A stretch of 64,000 nt of DNA from the NCBI RefSeq assembly GCF_006345805.1, contig NC_043002.1, forward strand, positions 118,420,001 to 118,484,000. The letters are read 5' to 3'. The notes below the pieces were generated by a model. The model was given only the letters and a program-made list of their open reading frames with translations. It searched no databases and had not been told where the DNA came from. The first letter of the stretch is position 1. Each line of letters begins with the position of its first letter. This document shows positions 49,394-60,972 of this stretch, piece by piece. This DNA comes from Octopus sinensis (Eukaryota). The position numbers were made by a program, and so were the translations under genes.

Positions 49394-49840
49394 CCCATTT
49401 TGTATTTATATATATATATATAAATACAAAATGGGACAAGAACGCAAAACATTCAAATAGACGATACAAAAAACGGACGGGTCATTCGAAGCCTCTAATC
49501 TTATATATATATATATGTATATGTTTGTGTGTCTATGTTTGCCCTGACCCCACCATCATCACTTGATAACTGATCTTGGTGTGTTTATCTCCCTGTAAAG
49601 TACTAGGCTTACAAAGAATAAGTTCTGGGGTCGATTTGTTCAACTAAAGGCAGTGCTCCAGCATGGCTGCAGTTAAATGATTGAAACAAGTAAAAACTAT
49701 ATATAATGGGATTCTTTCAGTTTCTATTTACCAAATTTTCTCACAAGGCTTTAGTTGGCCTGAGACTATAGTAAAAGACACTTGCCCAAGGTGCCTTGCA
49801 GTAGAACTGAACCCAGGATAATGTGGTTGGGAAAGAAGCT
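48755..49840. mobile_element. Cluster of SINE family A pieces in both orientations
   Basis: + heads at about 48755 and 49180, - tail at 48940-49140, + tail at 49500-49695, - head at 49700-49835. Confidence 0.7.
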
Positions 49841-49962
49841 TCTTTGTCTTTTAAGAAGAAATTTGTTTTAAATGAAATATTGAAGTTCAAAAAATGCTTG
49901 CAAGTTTTGAAAAGCAATTTTTGCTTGAAAGTTTCTTCACAGTTTTCCCTTCTTCTTTACAG

Positions 49963-50051
49963 GTACAATGGTCATTACTTCCTTACAACTTTAATTTATT
50001 CCGTATTGTTGGGTTTTCTTGGAATGGATCGATTTTGTTTAGGACATACAG
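49963..50051 (+). CDS. TM2D2: TM2D2 exon 4 ([30 protein letters not shown]), start of the TM2 domain
   Basis: TM2 signature LG..G.DRF.LG; acceptor ctttacag, donor gtttgt. The final exon (expected AVGKLLTLGG.GIWW) was not found downstream in the window. Confidence 0.93.
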
Positions 50052-50237
50052 GTTTGTGAAAGGATTTCTTTTTAATAATTTTAAAAATTTTATCGAATTT
50101 CTTTTACATTTATTAGACAATTGTATTTCTTTATCACCATCATCACCATCATCATATGTCCACTTACCAGTTGGTTTGACCAGAACTGATAAGCTAGAGG
50201 GCTACACCAGGTTCCAGTCTGATTTGGCATGGTTTCT

Positions 50238-50467
50238 TATTTATTTATTGCCCACAAGGTGCTAAACATAGAGAGTACAAACAAAGACAGACAAAGGGAT
50301 TAAGTCGATTACATCGACCCCAGTGCGTAACTGGTACTTAATTTATCGACCCTGAAAGGATGAAAGGCAAAGTCAACCTTGGCAGAATTTGAACTCAGAA
50401 CTTAACGGCAGACGAAATACTGCTCAGCATTTTGCCCGGCGTGCTAACCACTCTGCCAGCCTGCCAC
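50238..50467 (-). mobile_element. tRNA-derived SINE family B with 18-bp TSD, inserted in an RTE tail
   Basis: A-box tggcagagtggttag, B-box gagttcaaattc; TSD at 50220-50237 and 50468-50485. Confidence 0.85.
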
Positions 50468-50983
50468 TGATTTGGCAGGGTTTCTGCAGCTGGATGCCCT
50501 TCTTAATGTCAACCACTCCAAGAGTGCAATAATACCAGTAATGGCCACAACTATGGTTTTATTAGGCTTGACGAGTGTTCTCAAGCACAGAATATTGCAA
50601 AAGGTTTCAGACACTTGTCATCGCTCCTGTGACGCCTGACATTCGAAGATCATGCTACCGGCAATGGCCACAATTATGATTGACTTTCTGAAAAATATTT
50701 ATCATGCATTCATATCGATTTCATTTATCTCAATGCGACATCTACAAGTTCCAGAGCTTTAACAAGCAAAACATGACGCTGTGAAACAAAGCTATACTTT
50801 TTGAATTACAAGTACAGTCCTTGAAAGGGCTTCTGTACTGTCTCCTCAGTTTCACAGAGAAAGAGTAGGTCAGCCTCAGGTTAGAGAAAATAACATTCGT
50901 CCAAGATGCTCTACAGTGGGATCTAATCCAGGATCCCATGGTTACGAAGTGGACTTTGTAACTGTTCTGCTATAGTGTTTATA

Positions 50984-51021
<38 letters not shown>

Positions 51022-51163
51022 CATGCCTTCCTGCCTGCCTGTCTGTCTGTGAGTCAGTCAGTTTATTTCAAGATTTCTTACCAATAGTGAAAGAACCGGT
51101 TTCTAACCTAGATCCAAGGTTCCTTCATTGGAATTTCAACATCAACAACAAGGTATTTTTGTT

Positions 51164-51203
<40 letters not shown>

Positions 51204-51399
51204 CGTATGTACGTGTGTGCAGGGTGCAGATTTGTATGTTTTATGTATGTATTCTCATGCATATAGTTGCATATCTAGACATGCTCATATATATTTAAAT
51301 GATAAACTTCTGGAAAGTTTTACAGATTTTACAGTTTCAGTGAATGATTGGATCTGTAGTCTTCGAATTAGCTTTCTCCTCTCTGGATTTGAGAAGCCT

Positions 51400-52270
51400 A
51401 ATTTCTCAAGATTGTTACATATCCCAGAGCCCCAATAATTACAGGTATAAACCTGAACTTGTAATCTGGATAGAATAACTGCAGATTTCAGCATAGTTTT
51501 TCTCGTTTTCACTGATCTTCAGCTTTGTGTAAATAGCCGCTGGGCAGCTAATTTCCACAACTGTGCACAGTCTCTCTTCCTTGCCCCAAATCATTATATC
51601 AGGTCTGTTGTGCTTACATTTTATTGAGATCTTCAACGGTACATTCCACCAGTATTCCTTTTTATTATGGGTGGCTATGGCTTCTACCATATTGTGTGTT
51701 CTTATTTCTTTGTCCTTGGGATTATCCTTCTGACTGATTTCATTATAAAGTGTCCTAGCTACAATGTCATGTCTCATCGGTAGATAATACCGTGATGACA
51801 TTTCTGGACAGCTGCTTATGATGTGGGTGATATCTTCAGTGTGAACTCCACAAAGTTTGCATCAGTTGTCACATTTTACTGCATCTCTATCCCTTTTGTG
51901 CATTAGGTATTTGGTTGATATTTCCTGTTCCTGGATTGCAAGCGCATGCCCTTCATGATAGCCTGCTTTGATGTTCGATGTTACTATCATCATGGAGCTT
52001 TCTACTAACATATCCATGCATAGTCTTCTGCTCATATAGGCTCATCCATTTATCTGATGATATGTTGTGGTAACATACCTGTAACATTCCTTGTCAGATC
52101 CAGGGGAAACAGTCAAATTATTGATGGAGATGCTACTAGTCTGGTTTATAGTTTTCCCCCTTTTCACAACCATATAACAACATTTATCTTAACCAAACTC
52201 CAACCCTACATCCTTTGAAAATGTTGTAATTAGGTCAAGGCTCTTTTTCATCTCATGCATATTCTTTGCT
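51400..52270 (-). mobile_element. Fragment of an RLE-type (R4/Dong-like) non-LTR retrotransposon
   Basis: CKLCGVHTEDITHIISSC (CCHC knuckle), RHD, HNRPDI and VEISCP restriction-like endonuclease motifs. Confidence 0.8.
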
Positions 52271-52361
52271 TAGTTTTAAATCATCCACAAAGAAACAGTG
52301 TGTAATTTTGGTATTTCTGTTTCCTTGTGAACCAGTGAGATAGTTACGTAGGTAGGTACGT

Positions 52362-52402
<41 letters not shown>

Positions 52403-52403
<1 letters not shown>

Positions 52404-52924
52404 CGTAAATCCTCGAATATAGTCCGCTCCTGAGTATAATACTCAGGGGATTTTTAGGGGGCTGTACCTCTGAAAAACCTAAACCTTGTGTATAAAACAC
52501 ACTCCTTCTCTAACTTAAGTCATGCGTAATTAAGCCAGCAGCACCTAGTTGAACAAATACTTCCATGCATGCATAATACAATAATGGTGATGTTCTTAAC
52601 TGTTATATGGGAATGTAAATGTGTTTGCAAATTGTTTTTGTTACATGTTATTCTGTGTTCTGAATACTTTTATTTTAATAAATGATGCTCATTGCAAGTT
52701 ACGGATGATTCTTTTATGACTTCATTGCTTTCAGGCTTAGCTTAATGTATTTTCACATTCGACATCACAAAATGTGTCTGAATAAACATTGCCGAACAGC
52801 AAATAGAGACTTGGACATTGCTTAGAAAATATTTAATATTTTTAACCTCGTATATAGTACACACTAGGGATTTTGACCTTCAAATTTTTGGAAAAAAATG
52901 CAGATTATACTCGAGGATATAGAG
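52403..52924. mobile_element. pogo/Tc2-like MITE
   Basis: TIR ccgtaaatcctcgaatata with partner tatactcgaggatatagag, followed by TA. Confidence 0.65.
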
Positions 52925-53042
52925 TATAATAGTAATGGTAAGACAACAAAAGAATGAATGAGACCTCAATATTATGTAAGTATATATTATATATATATAT
53001 ATATATATACTTATATATATATATGTATGTATATGTATATAT

Positions 53043-56000
53043 GTCATCATCATCATCGTTTAACGTCCGTTCTCTATGCTAGCATGGGTTGGATGGTTTG
53101 ACTGGGGTTTGGGAAGCCAGGAGGCTGCACCATGCTCTAGTCTGATCTGGCAGTGTTTCTGTAGCTGGATGCCCTTCCTAATGCCAACCACTTCGTGAGT
53201 GTAGTGGGTGCTTTTTACATGCCACCAGCACAGGGGCCAGAAGAGGCTGGCAATGGCCATGATCAGTTGGTGCTTTTTATGTGCCACTGGCACGGGGATC
53301 ATGACTACATTTGATTTTCGTTTTGATGTTGATGTACTTGACTGAATAGGTCTTCTCAAGCACAGCATGTTGCCCTGTGATCCAAAGTACTTTTTGAATG
53401 GGCTGGGGCTGGTTATGTGAAACTGGTGTAGGATACAGCTGTGAGCTCACTTTATTTACTGGGTCTTTGCAGTCCCAGTATATCTCCAGAGGTCTTGGTC
53501 TTTTGTCATTGCCTCTGTGAGGCCCAACATTCAAAGGTCATGCTTCACCACCTCATTCCATGTCTTCCTGGGTCTATCTCTACCCCAGATTCCTTCAACT
53601 GTTTCGGAGTGGCACTTCTTCATACACCCCTCCTCAGCCATCTGTAGTACATGATCGTACCAGCACAAACATCTGTCTTGCATGCCACATCCAATGCTCC
53701 TTATATCTGACATTTCTCTCAGAGTGCTTACACTCTGTCGTGTGTGCACACTGACATTACACATCCAGCGGATCATGTTAGCTTCATTTCTATCGAGCCT
53801 ACGCATGTCCTCAGCAGCCATGGCCCATGTTTCACTGCCATGAAGCATGGCAGTTCGCACACATGCATCATATAATCTACCTTTCACTCTGAGAGAGAGG
53901 CCCTTTGTCACCAGTAGGGGTAGAAGCTTTCTAAACTTTGCCCAAGCTATTCTTAGTCTAGTGGTAACACTCTCTGAGCATCCACCTCCACTACTAATTT
54001 GGTCACCTAGGTAGCGGAAGCTATCAACTACTTCTAGTTTCTTGCCCTGGAATGTGATGGAATCTGTTTTCGGAGCATCTGTGGTGTTTATTGCCCCTGT
54101 GCATCTGCCGCGCATGGAAGCTATCTTCCCAGTTAATCTTCCTTTGATGTTGCTGCACCTCTTATGTGTCCATAGTATACACTGGATACATCTTATGGAG
54201 TTTCTACCTACACCTTTTGTACAGATTGAGCAGGGCCACCTACCTGAAGGGGTGTATGATGTGTTCACCTTCCTACTTACTAGAACTTTGGTCTTTGCAA
54301 CATTAACTCTAAGGCCTTTCGATTCTAAACCTTGCTTCCACACCTGAAATTTCTTCTCTAGTTCTAGTAGTGATTCAGCTATGAGGGCCAGGTCATCAAC
54401 ATAGAGGAGCTCCCAGGGGCAACCTGTCTTGAATTCCTCTGTTATTGCCTGGAGGACTATGATGAATAAAAGGGGACTGAGGGCTGATCCTTGGTGGACC
54501 CCTACTTCTACCTGGAATTCTTCACTATACTCTTTGCCAATCCTAACCTTACTAATGGCCTCACTGTATAGGGCCTGTACAGCCCTTATTAGCCATTCGT
54601 CAATCTCCAGTTTCCACATTGTCCACCAGATAAGGGACTGAGGGATCCTGTCAAAGGCTTTCTCCAAGTCCACAAAAGCTAAGTATAGGGGTTTATCTTT
54701 GGCTAGGTATTTCTCCTGTAATTGCTGCACCAGGAATATAGCATCAGTGGTGCCTCTACCTGGCACAAAACCAAACTGCATCTCATCTAAGCAGACTCTC
54801 TCCCTAATGAGATGAACTATGACCCTCTCCATGACCTTCATCACCTGATCCAGCAGTTTGATACCCATGTAGTTATTTCTATCTAAAGCATCACCTTTAC
54901 CCTTGTAGCAGTTGACTATGGTGCTGCTACGCCAGTCATTGGGTATGACTCCATCATGAACTACTTGGTTTACAATGCTGGTGACTAGGCCATAGCCCAC
55001 ACCACCAGATATTTTAAGCATCTCAGCAGTGATTCCTGATCGGCCGGGGGCTTTTCCTGGCTTCATATCCTTAATTGCTGTCTATTCAGATAGCTGGTCC
55101 CTCTACTGGGTCAACATTTGGCAGGTTCTCCTTCTCCCATTCATTCTCCACGTTCAGCAGTTTCATAATGGCTTCACCAAGCCTCTTTCTTTTCCGAAAC
55201 ATTAAAAGCAAGTGCACCATCATCCATGTGGACACATTTCTCTCCTGTGACATCACAATTTTCTCTCACACACTGTCTTTCAATCTGAAATATTTCAGTT
55301 CTTTGGTCCTCACATCGCTGGACATTGGCAAACTTCTTCTTTTCTCCTTCACCATTGGCTATGTATACCTGCCGCCCAGCCTCCCTTTTGGCTACCTGGT
55401 ACAGTTCTCTGCTACGCCCACCCTTCCAGGCTTTCCAGGCATGTTTCTTTGCTCTAATGGCTTTGTCTACTGTACTATTCCTCCACCACATTACTCTAGG
55501 TCTGGAAGGGACTTTGCACCACCCACAGGCTTGGTCTGTGGCACTCAGCAAGCTGTCCCGTAGGAATTTCCAGCTACCTTCTATGTCCGATGTCTGTAGC
55601 TCCTCTCTCTCATCAGATTTCTTGATGAGGATGTCCCTAAATCTCTGACCATGTGAGGGGTTCTTTAGCTTCCAAATCCTTCTTTTCTGGATTGGTCTAC
55701 TTCTTGGCATCCTTCTGGCCTCAAGCCTAAAGTCACTAATGACTAGCTTATGTTGGGGGATACATTTTTCACCTGGGAGGGTCTTTGTATTTAAGAGCAA
55801 CCCTGCATTGCGCTGTCTGGTGAGGATGAAATCAATCTGGCTTGCAGAGTCACCTGATTGATAGGTTATCAGGTGGCTGTCTGGCTTCCTGAACTTAGTG
55901 TTGCAGATTAAAAGGTTGCATGCATCACAGAACTCCAGTAGCCTAGATCCTTCATTGTTTCGGGAACCAATACCATGGCCCCTGTGTACACCAGTGAAGA

Positions 56001-56620
56001 TACCGGATTGCCGCCCAACATGCCCATTAAAATCTCCAGCTGCAAAGATGAGGTCATTGCCACTCGTCTTTGAGGTAGCCTGTAGAAGGGTATCATAAAA
56101 ATGGTCCTTCCATTCATTTGGTAGGCCCACTTGTGGGGTGTAGGCAGAGATAATTGTAGCTGTGCTGTTCTGCAGGACTAGCCTGAGCTTAAGCACTCTA
56201 TCACATACCCTCTATGACTTTATCTACCTATTTCTCCACAAACAGTATGCCTATACCCCCTACTCCATCCATGTTACCTTGCCAGAAGATTTTATACCTA
56301 TGTGCCTTGCCTGTGAGGACCCTAGCTGAAGCTCCTCTCCACCTTAACTCTTGTATGCAGCATACATCAACATGTCTCTTTTCAAGCATCTCTACAGTCT
56401 CACTAGACCTGCCTTTCAGTGTGCCTACATTGACAGTGCCAATTCTGAAAACTGGGAAAGGAATGTTGGGTGAGGCTTGGGGAGGAGGGATGTTATTCAG
56501 TGCCTGAAAAGAAGAGAGAGGAGGTTGTTGTGTTCGTTTTTTAGGCATGCTTCATCTGTTCTCACTTCCAACCTCACATCATTCAAACATTCAAGCATGT
56601 TAAGATTAAGATTGTTTCCC
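53043..56620 (-). mobile_element. Near full-length RTE LINE (APE endonuclease plus RT) with a few disablements
   Basis: ORF pieces 56548-56228 (RIGTVNVGTL, DVCCIQE), 56196-55174 (AGDFNGH, SQIDFIL, PQHKLV) and 55066-53531 (YVDDL); (GAT)n tail. The 5'UTR may extend to about 57300. Confidence 0.95.
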
Positions 56621-57595
56621 CTACTGGATGTAGGAGTAGGAGTTATCAGCATTGTGAGTATAAGCATTATGGTCATTGTAAAAGGTGTGTGTGTGTGTGG
56701 GGGGGTGATTTCAGAGAGAGGAAGCAAGCTCATCCATACATGCACAGAAGCTTGCATGCACACATACACAGGGGAACAAGCACACACGTACAACCCATTA
56801 GCTGTCTTTTCACTTGATATGTGCATGGAAAATGACTGGGTAGTTGTTGGAATATTTCTGGACAGGATGAAATGAAAGATAGTCGATTAAGTAGGTGGGC
56901 AGCTAACCTAGTTGTGTTTTTCCGTGGAGAGAGTGGGGTTGCAGGTAGTCTAGAGAACAACACCAATGAGGAGGGCGATGGAGAGAAGAGACATTTGGTA
57001 ATGATGGAGACAAATTTCTGGACAGAATGAAATGAAACGAAAGATAGGTGGTAAGTAGGTGGGCAACTGAGCTAGGGAGAGAGAGAGAGGTGAGTGCAGG
57101 TAATATATAGAGAACAGCCCAGTGAGGAGGAGCAGTGGGAGAAGATAGTCAGGTAATGGTGGTGGGAGGAGAGAGCGAGATATCCAGTATGGATGGTGAG
57201 AAGATAGAGATAAAGACTGAGATATCTGGTATTGGTGGTGGGGCGCACCGCAAACAAGCAAGTATAAATTGGTGAGATGGTGCGAGGAACAAAAGTAGCA
57301 GGAGTAATTAGAATAGTATACACTCATAATGTTCACGGTGGATGAGAAGCGAGAAATTAAACAGGCCAAGAAATGAGTAATTATCATAATTTAATTAGTT
57401 AGCTTCTGAGAAAATTAGCTGTTAGTAAACAATACATTTAGATAGTAAACAATATATTTAAAGTGCTATGAAAGATGGAAAAAATGAGTCTTAGCTTAGC
57501 AATGCGTTATCATCATTTGGCGACTGGGCAAGAATACGTGCGAGAATTATATATATATATATATATGTACATGTATATATATATATATATATATA

Positions 57596-57825
57596 TTTCT
57601 TTACTGCCCACAAGGGGCTAAACATAGAGGAGACAAACAAGGACAGACAAAGGGATTAAGTCGATTACATCGACCCCAGTGCGAAACTGGTGCTTTATTT
57701 ATCGACCCCGAAAGGATGAAAGGCAAAGTCGACCTCGGCAGAATTTGAACTCACAACGTAACGACAGACGAAATGCCGCTAAGCATTTCGCCCGACACGC
57801 TAATGTTTCTGCCAGCTCGCCTCCT
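57596..57825 (-). mobile_element. SINE family B
   Basis: Close match to 50238-50467. Confidence 0.85.
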
Positions 57826-57840
57826 ACATATATATATGGG

Positions 57841-57995
57841 TTTCATGTAGTTTCATGGGCAAAAAAATGTTCAACCGCTTGCCTAGGGTGAGCCCATAGC
57901 AATATCATATCTTCTCCACTATTTCAGTATTAGTGGAGAAGATATGATATTGCTTCACCACCTTGTCCCAGGTGCATATATATATGCATATATAT

Positions 57996-58044
<49 letters not shown>

Positions 58045-59369
58045 TATATACACATATATATATGCATATATATATATATACAAATACATATACATATATA
58101 CATAATATATATATACATACATATATAAATATATATATACGTATACATACATATATAAATATATATATACGTATACATACATATATACATATATACATAT
58201 ATATATACATACATATATACATATACATATACATACATATATACATATACATAAATATATACATATATATATATATATACATATATACATATATACATAT
58301 ACATACATATATATATATATATATACATACATATACGTACATATATACATATATATATACACACATATATACATATATATATACACATATATATATATAC
58401 ATATATACACATATATATATACATATATACACATATATATATACATATACATATATATACACATACACACAAACACACACACACACATATATATATATGT
58501 GTGTGTGTCTATGTGTGTGTATGTGTATATATATGTATATGTATATATATGTGTGTATATATGTATATATATATAAATCCTTAAATCCTTAAAAATGTTT
58601 TAGCCCGAAGGCCGCGGCCATGCTGGGGCACCACCGCTGAATGAGCTACACTAGTTTGTGAATCCACCTCTGATACGTGGCACTTGATCAACAAGGGAGT
58701 TCGATGCTGCTGCCCGCATCCGTGTCTCCTGTCGTGAGGTAGGTTCATCTGGGACTCCCAACAAGAAGAGATCCAGTTTAGTTTTAAAGAAACCCACATC
58801 CACACCATTTAGGGAGGATGTTAAAGAGCTGTGGTCCTCTGAAACCCAAGCTGTTGCAGTATCTGGACCTGTATTTTGATGGTGATGTTGGAATCCTTGG
58901 CACCACGCAGTGGCGCCCCGTGTATATGTGTATATATGTATATATATATGTATATTTATGTATATATATGTGTATATATGTATATATATATGTGTGTATA
59001 TATATATGTATATATGTGTATATATATATATATGTATATATATGTGTATATATATATGTATATATGTACGTATATGTATATATAATATATATATATATAT
59101 GTATATGTATATATATATATGTATATATTTATGTATATGTATATATGTATCATCATCATCATCATCATCATCATTTAGCGTCCGTTCTCCATGCTAGCAT
59201 GGGTTGGACGGTTCAACTGGGGTCTGTGAAGCTGGAAGGCTTCATCAGGCCCAGTCAGATCTGGCAGTGTTTCTACGGCTGGATGCCCTTCCTAACGCCA
59301 ACCACTCCGTGAGTGTAGTGGGTGCTTTTTACGTGCCACCTGCACAGGTGCCAGACAGAGCTGGCAATG

Positions 59370-59407
<38 letters not shown>

Positions 59408-59545
59408 TATGTATATGTATATATGTATGTATATGTATATATATATGTATGTATACGTATATATATATGTATATATGTATGTATATATATTATGTATATA
59501 TGTATGTATATGTAGTTGTATATATGTATATATATATTATGTATA

Positions 59546-59580
<35 letters not shown>

Positions 59581-59595
59581 GCATATATATATGTG

Positions 59596-59648
<53 letters not shown>

Positions 59649-59655
59649 GCATATA

Positions 59656-59708
<53 letters not shown>

Positions 59709-59910
59709 TATGTTATATATATATAATATATATATATTATGTATATATGTATATATATATGCATATATATATGCACCTGGGACAAGGTGGTGAAGCAATA
59801 TCATATCTTCTCCACTAATACTGAAATAGTGGAGAAGATATGATATTGCTATGGGCTCACCCTAGGCAAGCGGTTGAACATTTTTTTGCCCATGACACTA
59901 CATGGACCCT
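57841..59910. repeat. Inverted duplication of a hairpin-bearing HINE-like segment around complex (TA/CA)n arrays
   Basis: 57841-57985 is the reverse complement of about 59762-59907; adjacent microsatellite variants are also mirrored. Confidence 0.85.
58583..58920 (-). mobile_element. 3' end of an L2/CR1-like LINE (second copy)
   Basis: [19 protein letters not shown]...[36 protein letters not shown]. Confidence 0.75.
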
Positions 59911-60164
59911 AAGTAAGGCATGTGTAAAATTTGAATGAAATTGGTTGTGCAGTTCTCAAGTTTTAGGGAAACACACAGACAGACACACATTCTCAGTTTT
60001 ATATATATATATATATATATAGATGATGATGATGATGATGATGATGATATATATTTATATATATTTTATATATATATGTACATATATATATGTGTATATG
60101 TGTGTGTATATATGTATATATATTTTTTATTTATATGTAGATCTATATATTTATATATATGTGT

Positions 60165-60390
60165 ACTCTTTTACTCTTTTACTTGTTTCAGTCATTTGAC
60201 TGCGGTCATGCTGGAGCACCGCCTTTAGTCAAGCAAATCGACCCCGGGACTTATTCTTTGTAAGCCCAGTACTTATTGTATCGGTCTCTTTTGCCGAACT
60301 GCTAAGTGACAGGGATGTAAACACACCAGCATCAGTTGTCAAGCAATGCTAGGGGGACAAACACACACACACAAACACACACATATACAC
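60165..60390 (-). mobile_element. SINE family A, 3' half
   Basis: Canonical tail tactcttttacttgtttcagtcatttgactgcgg. Confidence 0.8.
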
Positions 60391-60532
60391 ATACATATAT
60401 ATATATATATATATTGGTATATATATATATATATTGGTAAAAACGGTAAGATAACAAAAAAAAGAAAGAGACCTCAATATTATGTAAATAGAGGAAATTA
60501 TCTGTAAAATAATATGTAACAATTATTCAATA

Positions 60533-60603
60533 GCCAAGATAAAACTCCGAGTTTCGGATGCCGAAGTGGAAATCCACAACACCATCTCTTCGGTTATCTG
60601 GCC
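60533..60603 (-). ncRNA. Candidate type-I hammerhead ribozyme (left arm)
   Basis: AGATAA-CCGAAGA-GATG...CATC-C-GAAAC-TCGG-AGTT-TTATCT. Confidence 0.5.
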
Positions 60604-60867
60604 ATCTGAAAAACGCTATGAAAAAATACTGTTATACAAAGAGAAATTACTGTGTTATAATTGGCGAAAAATGCGAGTGAAGATGTGCATGTTTTCATAT
60701 TGACGTATACGTACGCACGTGACTGCGTAAGCGCACATGTGAGCATATGAGTAGGCATGCTTACGTGTTTACTATGAACTTTTAACCTTAATTTATATAA
60801 GTAGCGGAATTATAACACAGTAATTTCCCTTTGTATAAACAGTCTTTTTTCATAGCGTTTTTCAGAT

Positions 60868-60938
60868 GGCCAGATAACCGAAGAGATGGCGTTGTGGATT
60901 TCCACTTCGGCATCCGAAACTCAGTGTTTTATCTTGGC
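60868..60938 (+). ncRNA. Candidate type-I hammerhead ribozyme (right arm)
   Basis: Same fold; core 60878-60884, GAAA 60916-60919, GUU 60926-60928, stem I 60872-60877/60929-60934. Confidence 0.48.
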
Positions 60939-60972
60939 TATTGAATAATTGTTACATATTATTTTACAGATA

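Larger units (their letters stand above)
60499..60972. mobile_element. Penelope-type inverted repeat (~163-bp arms, 146-bp spacer)
   Basis: 60499-60661 is the reverse complement of 60808-60972; each arm holds a hammerhead-like motif. The Penelope assignment is inferred from that motif. Confidence 0.65.

Noticed and set aside
57905-59818. Many long Y/I/M/C/V-rich ORFs (also at 15130-15880, 18290-18766, 25033-25546)
   Set aside because: Translations of (TA)n/(TG)n microsatellites, not proteins.
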